From positions 1 through 28,860 of IMG/VR virus record IMGVR_UViG_3300029775_000374: DNA of 28,860 nucleotides. One strand, written 5' to 3'. The DNA is from a virus. Its lineage: Duplodnaviria > Caudoviricetes. The notes under the pieces were generated by a model. The model saw nothing but the letters and a program-made list of their open reading frames with translations, was not told the origin of the DNA and did not search any database. The position numbers were made by a program, and so were the translations under genes. The first letter of the stretch is position 1, and the number at the start of each line of letters is the position of its first letter. Below, one piece after another: positions 16,720 through 24,195 of this stretch.

Positions 16720-18491
16720 AAGCAGAGCCGCCCGCCGATATTCGTATACGCAGTCGAAACGCCGTAATTCGCACTCACGCAGAACGCCCCAGCGTTACCA
16801 CTGAGAAACGCAAAACCGCCGACCGCCACGACACGCAGCCCGGCCGAGCTAGTGTTGTAGTACCTGTCACTGACGCCAATAGTTTGCGATGCCGTCCCGC
16901 CCGTCGCGGCAGGGTAGAAGAAGCCGGCTGCCGAGAGCAAAAAATGAAGTTTGTGTATATAGCCGGAGGCTGGCGCAGCCTGAGCCCCTGCCAGCAGATT
17001 ATAATCTTGAATACTGCCACTGAATTGCCCATTTTTCGCGTACACGCTTACCGTACCGACACTGGCAAAATCCAGCAAGACGCCATCTATCAAGGTGAAC
17101 ATGTGCCCAAAATAGCTTTCAATCCCGCGATAACTCGGCACGACGTCGTCCCATATCAAACCTGAATCCCTAACTATTGTGACATTGTTGATGTCTCCGA
17201 TGTAGTCCATGGATGGCGCAATGACCAGCCCCTCTGTTGCTCTTGCCTCCACATAGAATGACTTGTGTTCCCCCGGGCTTAGCACCAGGATCTCCCCACC
17301 AAACGACGCCTTGACCGTTCCTTGAACAACTGTACACCGTAATTTCACCCTATACACAACCCCATTAGTGGGCACGAAACCGGTGTACTCCAGCTTTTCA
17401 TCAACTCCGGCGACATGGCTATACTTACTCCCGTCCTTTATCCATCCTGCTGGCGCGTCAGGTAATACACCTATTATATTTTCCGTCGGCAAAGGAATGC
17501 TGTATACATTGGCCAGGTTAACACTGCCTGATCTATTACCCAGGCTGTTCGTCAAACCGGTTGGAACAATTGGATAGTATTGATCTGTCGAGTTCCCTGC
17601 CACTATAGATAGCCACTGCCCTCCGGCGATGCTTGAAAGCCCCTTGTAGGCATTTCCGGTCAGCGCTGTCTGGCTGTTCCACGTAGCATATTCTACCGCC
17701 ATAAGCAACTGTATTGCGTGATGCAAATATGCGTCCAGTTGCCTCCAGGTTGAGTCATCGGTGTTGTTGTCGATGGCCCTCGCAGCCTCTCGGAACTGGG
17801 CGATATTCATGGAGCTACAGGGCAGATATCCGGGCACAGATGCCAAGGAATCACCAGAAGCGTAGTTATTGAATTGAGACACATTTCTATCGCCCACGTC
17901 ACCGGCCACCCAGTCATATCTGTGTACCGGCTGCCCGGATTTTTGCAGGACTCCCTCGTATGCTCCTACATAGCGATAGGGAACTTCGATGAGCGCACCA
18001 TCCCGGATCTTCCGAAACGCAGGATGGACTGTGAACCCGGGGGTTGGTTCCGGAGATATCCACATCTCTATCCAATCCCCATCAGATAGGATTTTAAACC
18101 AAAACTTCGGGATCTGCACCATGATGTTCCCATCCGCTTCTGCGTAATCGCTACCGTCTGTGTACTTAGTGCTGTCATTCGGATCCAGGTAGCGCACCGA
18201 CAGATTTGTGCCGACCACACAGCGCCGCATTCTGCTCTGCACGGAGCAGATACGCTTGATTCTATCCGCGTACGCAGGCATGGGGTTATCGGCCTCAGTC
18301 CATGTCAAAGCGCCCAAGGCATCATTGTATAGCGAAAGGCTGCCCAATCGCTCTGCCCGTCCAGCGTCTGCCATCCTGGGATCGTCAGCCGGCAAGTCAC
18401 CGGGAATCAGCATGTTCATGCGGACACCGTAGGCTCCCGCACCAAACCCATGGCTCGCGCCCACCCTCAGTTCATGCGAGAGCCTCATCAT
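16716..18491 (-). CDS. DGR target protein, C-type-lectin-fold receptor-binding/fibre protein
   Basis: C-terminal VR (GGFAFLSGNAGAF...NIGGRLCL); MVQIPKFW, HPAF, YVGAYEG and YRGIExxFG motifs typical of phage CLec-fold DGR targets. Confidence 0.9.
   Translation of the reverse strand: MMRLSHELRVGASHGFGAGAYGVRMNMLIPGDLPADDPRMADAGRAERLGSLSLYNDALGALTWTEADNPMPAYADRIKRICSVQSRMRRCVVGTNLSVRYLDPNDSTKYTDGSDYAEADGNIMVQIPKFWFKILSDGDWIEMWISPEPTPGFTVHPAFRKIRDGALIEVPYRYVGAYEGVLQKSGQPVHRYDWVAGDVGDRNVSQFNNYASGDSLASVPGYLPCSSMNIAQFREAARAIDNNTDDSTWRQLDAYLHHAIQLLMAVEYATWNSQTALTGNAYKGLSSIAGGQWLSIVAGNSTDQYYPIVPTGLTNSLGNRSGSVNLANVYSIPLPTENIIGVLPDAPAGWIKDGSKYSHVAGVDEKLEYTGFVPTNGVVYRVKLRCTVVQGTVKASFGGEILVLSPGEHKSFYVEARATEGLVIAPSMDYIGDINNVTIVRDSGLIWDDVVPSYRGIESYFGHMFTLIDGVLLDFASVGTVSVYAKNGQFSGSIQDYNLLAGAQAAPASGYIHKLHFLLSAAGFFYPAATGGTASQTIGVSDRYYNTSSAGLRVVAVGGFAFLSGNAGAFCVSANYGVSTAYTNIGGRLCL
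16718..16837 (-). repeat. DGR variable repeat (VR)
   Basis: Last ~40 codons of the 591-aa gene; differs from TR by A>T x8, A>G x6, A>C x2. Confidence 0.97.
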
Positions 18492-18781
18492 TAAAACCCG
18501 TATACTATCAGCACCATGTCAGATCCGGCCGGGATCCCGATTTTCGTGAAGTGCGATACATATGTGAATCCATCCGGCACAACGCCGTTCAGAACGCTGA
18601 GGTTCACACCCTCGCCATCGATCTCAAAACTGGTGTCATCATCCGGAAAATCTGCCCGGAATATACTGATGCCTCCAAAGGTGCCTTCTAATTCGGTGTC
18701 AGCCCCATAGGGCAGTCCGTGATCAGGGATGGATTGCATTATCTTCTTAGCCGTGCTACGCGTAGCTTTGCTCTGGCTCAT
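18491..18781 (-). CDS. small beta-rich protein, possible spike base/decoration protein
   Basis: 96 aa, AGGAG RBS, TAATG overlap with the DGR target. Confidence 0.6.
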   Translation of the reverse strand: MSQSKATRSTAKKIMQSIPDHGLPYGADTELEGTFGGISIFRADFPDDDTSFEIDGEGVNLSVLNGVVPDGFTYVSHFTKIGIPAGSDMVLIVYGF

Positions 18782-18790
18782 AGTATTCTC

Positions 18791-19096
18791 CTAATTATCT
18801 CGTTTAGTTCGTTTGGGGGGCAACCTGCCGTCGTTCATCAGATTGCATTCTATCTTGTTCCACCAGCTATCAAGCTTGGTGTCCAGTTGCTCCAGATAGC
18901 GGTCAAAGCGCTTATCCAGCGTGGCCTCAAAATCATCCATGATGGCGGACTTCAGCCCACTCACCATCAGTTTCAAGTCCTCATGGGCGCGCTTTAGTTC
19001 CTTATGCTCTGTGTATGCCGTTTTATACAGCCAGCTCATCACCCCGGCATACAGCGCGAACAGAACAAAGAGTATCCTCACCAAAAGGTCATTCAT
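18791..19096 (-). CDS. membrane-anchored coiled-coil protein
   Basis: GGAG RBS before ATG 19096; N-terminal TM helix followed by coiled coil. Confidence 0.7.
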   Translation of the reverse strand: MNDLLVRILFVLFALYAGVMSWLYKTAYTEHKELKRAHEDLKLMVSGLKSAIMDDFEATLDKRFDRYLEQLDTKLDSWWNKIECNLMNDGRLPPKRTKRDN

Positions 19097-19106
19097 TCTT
19101 GGCTCC

Positions 19107-19139
19107 AAAAGGGCCCCGGCAGCCGGGCAAGCTGCCGGG
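19107..19139 (-). terminator. hairpin/possible partial terminator after terS
   Basis: CCCGGCAGC-7 nt-GCTGCCGGG followed by GCCCTTTT. Confidence 0.5.
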
Positions 19140-19171
19140 TGTTTGAGAGGTACCGTGCGGGGTAAACTTCA

Positions 19172-19621
19172 TCATTGATTCCTCGTGCGCAAATACTCGG
19201 CCAGATCCATCAGATTGGCCTGAAATTGTTTTAAGAGCCCGCTCAGCCCCCGCTCAATCATGAAGTCTGTTGTCTGATCCAGGAAGGTAACAATGTATTC
19301 ATTCAGCTCTTTGCCTGGCGCTTCTTTGATCTGCTGCTGCTTGATAAGTCCTACTAAACTCTGCAATGCAGTGTTCTTGGGATCCTTCGCGTATTCTCTG
19401 AGCGCGGCGATCAATGCCTTCTTCTGCACCACCGATATCTCCCGGCGCAGCTTCCGCTCCTCACCGTGAATCTCATTCCATTTACCGGCCTTGATCCATT
19501 TGCCTATCGTGATAGGGCTGCAGCCCACCAGCTCGGCCAACTCCCTGGGGTCGGTTTTCCCGCCGATGTAGGCCTCGAAGGCCATGTCCTTTTTCTCTCT
19601 GAAAGCTTTGCTGTTACTCAT
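19172..19621 (-). CDS. putative terminase small subunit (HTH, DUF1804/gpP-N-like)
   Basis: N-terminal HTH (PRELAELVGCSPITIGKWIKAGKW) and helical remainder; first gene of the packaging unit. Confidence 0.75.
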   Translation of the reverse strand: MSNSKAFREKKDMAFEAYIGGKTDPRELAELVGCSPITIGKWIKAGKWNEIHGEERKLRREISVVQKKALIAALREYAKDPKNTALQSLVGLIKQQQIKEAPGKELNEYIVTFLDQTTDFMIERGLSGLLKQFQANLMDLAEYLRTRNQ

Positions 19622-19624
19622 GTG

Positions 19625-19677
19625 CCAAGCTTTGCTTGCCCGGAAATGCCGTCAAATCCACCTGTCGCCTTGTGTCA
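19625..19677 (-). promoter_or_regulatory. putative late promoter, copy 2
   Basis: 44/53 identical to 12367-12419; lies right after a terminator and a few nt before the terS ATG. Confidence 0.75.
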
Positions 19678-19678
19678 T

Positions 19679-19708
19679 AAAAAACCCCGGCTTTTCACCG
19701 GGGCTTTC
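19679..19708 (-). terminator. intrinsic terminator ending the early/middle unit
   Basis: AAAGCCCCGG-tgaaaag-CCGGGGTTTTTT. Confidence 0.82.
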
Positions 19709-19711
19709 ATT

Positions 19712-19930
19712 TTACTCATCTTCAGGCCTCACCTTCCGTCTCTCCAGATAGCGGATCAATTCCGCTCCCTCCACCCTTAACGCGCGCCCACATATCCCGC
19801 AAGGCCTGTAGGCCGGGAGAGGATCGGCAATATCACGGATCATCCGGTAAACCGTTCTCACATCAACTTGCAGCTTCTCAGCTATCTCATCCGGTCGGTA
19901 ACTCCGGTCACTACGGAATAATTCAGCCAT
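19712..19930 (-). CDS. small HTH DNA-binding protein, candidate late activator
   Basis: YRPDEIAEKLQVDVRTVYRMI (Xis/MerR-like HTH); AAGGAG RBS before ATG 19930; last gene before the late promoter. Confidence 0.8.
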   Translation of the reverse strand: MAELFRSDRSYRPDEIAEKLQVDVRTVYRMIRDIADPLPAYRPCGICGRALRVEGAELIRYLERRKVRPEDE

Positions 19931-20657
19931 GGGGTGTCTCCTTTTTGATCCTGGTATATTCTGCTTCATATTTAGCCGGCACCTGTTTCTTGGCCACCGC
20001 CATCATCATCCCCGGCTCCTTGCGCAGTTCCCGGATCCGCTTCGGCATCGGGTACTTTCCCAGGCTCTCAGCATCAGGAAAGCGAACAGTCCAGCGCATG
20101 AAGTCCAGCCAGGTCTCATGTGCATGCCAGGGCTTACTCATCAGCTCGCTGATCAGCGCCTCTCGCTCTGTGTCCACCACCCTCTGCGCACTCACTGCCA
20201 CCTGCGACCTGCCACCTGAAGCCTGTTTACGCCGCTCTTCCAATTCCCGTTTCTGCCTGTCCATCTTCCACCACTGCGCCAGATACTCATCAAAATGGCT
20301 CGGACGGTAGAGAGTAGAAGGTCTCAGGTTATGCTCCATCTTCTCGTCTCCCATCCACTGCATGATCTTCACTTCGTGGACACGACTGAAATCCTCCGGC
20401 GTGTATCCGCGCTTCAGCAGATTCGTAATGAGATGCTTTGCCGTGTCTGTAGCCCCAAATCTCGATCCTGTGCGATTGTTCAGGTCTGCGAGTATCCAGA
20501 GCACATCAGAATCATATAATGCACCAGAATCAGTATTAGAGCGTTTGACGCGCTCTTTGCGGATCAAGGTGTTCAGCCACATGCGAAACCGGCGGGTGAG
20601 TTCATCCTCACCCACCAGTTCTTTGGCCATCTGCCACAGTTCTTTGATCTCCGCCAT
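19923..20657 (-). CDS. protein with conserved phage C-terminal (Phg_2220_C-like) domain
   Basis: LNNRTGSRF...GYTPEDF...QWMGDEKM...LRPSTLY...FDEYL motif. Confidence 0.78.
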   Translation of the reverse strand: MAEIKELWQMAKELVGEDELTRRFRMWLNTLIRKERVKRSNTDSGALYDSDVLWILADLNNRTGSRFGATDTAKHLITNLLKRGYTPEDFSRVHEVKIMQWMGDEKMEHNLRPSTLYRPSHFDEYLAQWWKMDRQKRELEERRKQASGGRSQVAVSAQRVVDTEREALISELMSKPWHAHETWLDFMRWTVRFPDAESLGKYPMPKRIRELRKEPGMMMAVAKKQVPAKYEAEYTRIKKETPHG

Positions 20658-20665
20658 GACGCTGC

Positions 20666-21277
20666 CTACAATGCTGCGAAATCCAGGACGATGGTATTCA
20701 TCTTGCCATCTTCCCCGGCTTCCTGGAAATAAAAGTACGTTTTGGTTGATTGCACCTTCTGGCTATCGGCAATCAGTTCCATCGCCTCTTGCCACAGCGG
20801 ATCCTCCACTTTCAGTTGCCTAAGCCCTATCATCTGCCGGGCATCGACCTCCCCCTTGCTATCCACATTAAATGCACGATTGACCAGAGCCACAATCAGC
20901 TCATCCGCGCCTTCGCTTCGATTCGCGATCACCCGGTCAATCTTTTGCTTCGCAATCTGGAGCTTCTCGTCAAATGTCCACTTCTTGGCCACAGCGATCT
21001 TGATGGCCGCGTCCATGCTGAAGTTATACAGCGTGGTACCGCCAACCCATTCCTCGCCTTCGCGAGCAGCAGTATCTTCCAGGAAATTCGCGATCTCTCC
21101 GCTCACCTGGCTCTTGAAATTGGCCAGGATCATGTGCATCTGCCGGGCCTTCGAGATCAGCCGGGAAACGAACGCGTCGCGGTCTTTGATGTTCTTATCG
21201 ATATATTTCACCGGGGTTTCCATCCCCTCGCCATCGATCCAAAACTCGATTTTACCCTTTTTGATCGTCTTAGCCAT
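20666..21277 (-). CDS. DUF3164-family Mu-like phage protein
   Basis: 203 aa; FDEKLQIAKQKID, LVNRAFNVD, WQEAMELIADS and terminal LDFAAL. Confidence 0.85.
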   Translation of the reverse strand: MAKTIKKGKIEFWIDGEGMETPVKYIDKNIKDRDAFVSRLISKARQMHMILANFKSQVSGEIANFLEDTAAREGEEWVGGTTLYNFSMDAAIKIAVAKKWTFDEKLQIAKQKIDRVIANRSEGADELIVALVNRAFNVDSKGEVDARQMIGLRQLKVEDPLWQEAMELIADSQKVQSTKTYFYFQEAGEDGKMNTIVLDFAAL

Positions 21278-21845
21278 TGATAACCTCCTGGTACCGTTTT
21301 ATTTGCTCTTCCAATGTCCCTACATAGTTATCCTCATCTTGCTCCGTCCAGGTGCCTTGCCGGCGCTCCTGCTCTCGAATCATACGATATACGGCAAAGT
21401 AATACGGCTCCGTTTCCGTCACGATCAGGAATCTCTTCCCACTGGCCAGCACCTTGTTCAGACGGGGATTCAAGGCCATCTCCAGGAACATTGGAGCCTC
21501 GTAAGGTTCTTTCTGTTCACTGTTCACTGTTTTCTGTTCACTGTGCGTAGCACCCTGGTATCCCACTCCCGTATCCACCGCCTCCGGATTGATCGCCGCC
21601 TTTTTGCTAACGTTCAAGCGGGTTTTCGGCGAGGGGCCGGGTGTAGGGGCTGGGTCCGGAGAATCTATCTTGATTTCATGGGCTTTACGGCCGTCCGGGA
21701 GTTTTTTATTTGGAGAGATCACGCCGAAGCCCATGCAATAGAGGCAGGTGCTATTGATAGCATCGCGGGTGACGAATTCGTATTGAAGGGCATCCTCCAG
21801 GATCTTCCCTTTTCCTTTGCAGATGGGGCATTTCATGTTAGCCAT
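21270..21845 (-). CDS. hypothetical protein with DnaJ-type zinc-finger motifs
   Basis: CPICKGKG and CLYCMGFG; GAGGAGG RBS before ATG 21845. Confidence 0.7.
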   Translation of the reverse strand: MANMKCPICKGKGKILEDALQYEFVTRDAINSTCLYCMGFGVISPNKKLPDGRKAHEIKIDSPDPAPTPGPSPKTRLNVSKKAAINPEAVDTGVGYQGATHSEQKTVNSEQKEPYEAPMFLEMALNPRLNKVLASGKRFLIVTETEPYYFAVYRMIREQERRQGTWTEQDEDNYVGTLEEQIKRYQEVING

Positions 21846-22458
21846 TGGTGATTTCCTCCTCAAATTGGCGTTGGAGTGTTTTGATGTGCTGCTTCATCTC
21901 AGCCAGGACGGGACCATCGATGGGCATGGCGGAAAACCACAGAGCGAGCTTGAATTGAGCTTCTTTCCAAGAGCAATTGAGCCAGCAGCAGACATGTTCT
22001 TTCATTTGATCTATCAGCACTTTTTTGAGGTCCGGAGCTTTGGCGTTTGCCTCTTTTTTGCGTTTTTTGAGTTCGGCTTTGAGTTCCGGGAGGGGAAACT
22101 CTGCCGCTATCTGCAGGAGCTCTTCCTGGACTTCCTGGGGGGCATCGGACATTAGCGGTGCGATCATGATCAGGCGATCCATGCCGATCTCTTTGAGGGT
22201 TTCCTCGTCCTGATCCATATCCTGGACAAAGATGGACTGGATCCGGATCAATTTGTTTGCGAGACTAAGGGATATGTTGTGCTCTTGCTCGACGAAATCC
22301 CGAAAGCTCTCGAAGCCATTGAAGCGGTGGAGCCTTGTTTGTTTGATGTGGGCAAAGAGTTGCCCCATTTCGATGAACTTGGATTCCAGATCGTTACGCA
22401 GTTTGTACACCGCGTCCAGGCTATCCTGAGGGCGTTGGTCGAAGGATTGGTTGTTCAT
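21838..22458 (-). CDS. hypothetical helical, probably DNA-binding protein
   Basis: 206 aa; FESFRDFVEQEHNISLSLANKLIRI is HTH-like; ATGA-coupled. Confidence 0.7.
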   Translation of the reverse strand: MNNQSFDQRPQDSLDAVYKLRNDLESKFIEMGQLFAHIKQTRLHRFNGFESFRDFVEQEHNISLSLANKLIRIQSIFVQDMDQDEETLKEIGMDRLIMIAPLMSDAPQEVQEELLQIAAEFPLPELKAELKKRKKEANAKAPDLKKVLIDQMKEHVCCWLNCSWKEAQFKLALWFSAMPIDGPVLAEMKQHIKTLQRQFEEEITNG

Positions 22459-22736
22459 AATATTACCTCTTCTATTTTGATTGGTTTATCGGTTAAAAAT
22501 TCCACCGCAAGGAGCTGGATCACCGCACTGAACACAACATTGGCGTGATCGATGCAAAGCGGCAGTGCATGGACCATCATTTGCCGTTTACGCCCACAAT
22601 CGGGGCACTTTAGCACGAAAATAGGTGCATGGGGATCTCTTGATGTGCGGATACAGGCCTCCATTGGAGCGTTGATTGTTTTGCCGCAATCAGGGCAATG
22701 GATGATTTTGAGCTTGGTTAAAATGGTCTTGCTCAT
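22455..22736 (-). CDS. zinc-ribbon protein
   Basis: Two CPDCG motifs; GAGG RBS before ATG 22736. Confidence 0.7.
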   Translation of the reverse strand: MSKTILTKLKIIHCPDCGKTINAPMEACIRTSRDPHAPIFVLKCPDCGRKRQMMVHALPLCIDHANVVFSAVIQLLAVEFLTDKPIKIEEVIL

Positions 22737-22768
22737 GGTGATACCTCTCTTTCTTTGCTTGTGGCAAT

Positions 22769-23224
22769 TTAAACCTCCTCGGCTTTGAGTTCGCGGCGGA
22801 CTGTTCTGCCATTTACCATCCGATATTCCAGGATCTGGCGGCGGTTCTTGCGACGGAAGGTGTGGCTGATGTGGACCCATGAGCCGTATTCATCGATGAG
22901 CTGGTCGAAGGGGATTCCCGCGGCTATGATGCGGCGCATCACTTCGCGGACAGTATGCCCAGGGACATTGAAATCTGCAGCTTCACCTTCCGGATGCTGA
23001 GATGTGGCGCTGCCGCCCACAGCCGTATTAACTGGCCATGTACGATACACTGAGCTGGGTGAAATGGGTAGCCCAAAAAGCTCGCGGATTGGATCCATCA
23101 CTGTGGTGAGGAAGCGCTTCAGGCGTTCGATGATCTCGGTGGGGGGATTGTTGCAGAGGCCGAGGAGCCGGGCTTTGCGGCTGCGGATACACTCTGCCAG
23201 GCTGAAGTATTTGCTGAGCATCAT
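22769..23224 (-). CDS. peptidase M15A-family protein (putative endolysin)
   Basis: SSVYR...N.AVGG..SQH..GEAADF...DQLI.E...WVHIS zinc-peptidase motifs; start reassigned to ATG 23224 (ATGA overlap). Confidence 0.88.
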   Translation of the reverse strand: MMLSKYFSLAECIRSRKARLLGLCNNPPTEIIERLKRFLTTVMDPIRELFGLPISPSSVYRTWPVNTAVGGSATSQHPEGEAADFNVPGHTVREVMRRIIAAGIPFDQLIDEYGSWVHISHTFRRKNRRQILEYRMVNGRTVRRELKAEEV

Positions 23225-23433
23225 ATTTTGCCACCTTCGTAATCCGGGAGGGGGCAGGATTCCGCTATGCCCATGAGTTTGACAGGTATGCCAGTCCGCT
23301 TGCAGATGGCTTCCTGCAGTGATGTAACCCACTGCCCTGAGATTTTTCTTCTGCCATATTTGCATCGGTGTTCCGGGCATGACATGCAGCTTGAGACGGG
23401 CATTGTAAGTGTGCCATTATCCCACTTTTTCAT
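23221..23433 (-). CDS. small Cys-rich hypothetical protein
   Basis: 70 aa; CxxCP...C...C...CPL; AGGAG RBS. Confidence 0.7.
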   Translation of the reverse strand: MKKWDNGTLTMPVSSCMSCPEHRCKYGRRKISGQWVTSLQEAICKRTGIPVKLMGIAESCPLPDYEGGKI

Positions 23434-23794
23434 GTTTATGCTCCTGGATCTGAAGTTCGATGTTTTTGGCGCTTACCGGGGCAAGGCTACGCATCATGAT
23501 GCGGTACCATGAGTATTCGTTCTGGAGAGCGATATACTCTTTGAGGAGTTCCAGGCGTGATTGCCGGTTATCTGCACTTTCTTTTGCGTGTTGATCACGT
23601 TCTTCGGTGATCTCCCGATTGATTTTAACTGCTTCGCGCGCTTGCTCGAAGATGGCTTCGCGCAGGGAGCTGTTATTTACTTTTAGCTCAGTGATATCCT
23701 TGCTGGCACCAGCGACAATAGCCAGCAGCAGCCCAGTGGCAATAAGTGCGTATGTGCCAATGGCGATCAGTAGATAAATGGGGAATTCTACCAT
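23417..23794 (-). CDS. membrane-anchored coiled-coil protein
   Basis: N-terminal TM helix plus coiled coil; AAGGAG RBS. Confidence 0.7.
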   Translation of the reverse strand: MVEFPIYLLIAIGTYALIATGLLLAIVAGASKDITELKVNNSSLREAIFEQAREAVKINREITEERDQHAKESADNRQSRLELLKEYIALQNEYSWYRIMMRSLAPVSAKNIELQIQEHKHEKVG

Positions 23795-23796
23795 GA

Positions 23797-24195
23797 TTAT
23801 ATCTCCTTATTGATGTTTTGAAGGTCTGAAATTACTTTTGCGCGTTCGGCGGGGTCCAGGATGTTCCAATGGGTTTTTTTGAAATTTACGATAAGGTATT
23901 GGCGGAGGAGATCATCGCTCCAGCCGGCTTCCTTTTGCAGACGGTACATATAACGACCCTGAGCGTCGTAGCGGAAGGCTTGGGAGCGCTCACGGCGGTA
24001 GCCAATGATGATCTGGTGGAGTTCTTCGAGCCGGGATTCCGGCAGCTCGCGCAGGGATCTGCCAAAGCCGAGGCCTTCCATGATGTAGCGGAAGACGAAG
24101 TCTGACCAGTGCAGGCGTTTGATGCGATGTGCCTGGATGGTTTTGCGGAGCTGGCGGGCGCGGGGGGTGTCGAAGAGATCTCTTGCGTTATCCAC
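23797..24195 (-). CDS. GemA/DUF1018-like protein
   Basis: Two repeats of the W-S-D..R..l pattern; AAGGAG RBS before GTG 24195; Mu early-region context. Confidence 0.6.
   Translation of the reverse strand: MDNARDLFDTPRARQLRKTIQAHRIKRLHWSDFVFRYIMEGLGFGRSLRELPESRLEELHQIIIGYRRERSQAFRYDAQGRYMYRLQKEAGWSDDLLRQYLIVNFKKTHWNILDPAERAKVISDLQNINKEI

Noticed and set aside
12367-19677. 53-bp repeats as att sites or direct repeats of an inserted element
   Set aside because: They enclose essential terminase genes and mismatches cluster in the promoter spacer, which fits regulatory sites
20742-21851. 369-aa and 176-aa plus-strand ORFs
   Set aside because: Antisense to well-supported minus-strand genes; composition typical of shadow frames
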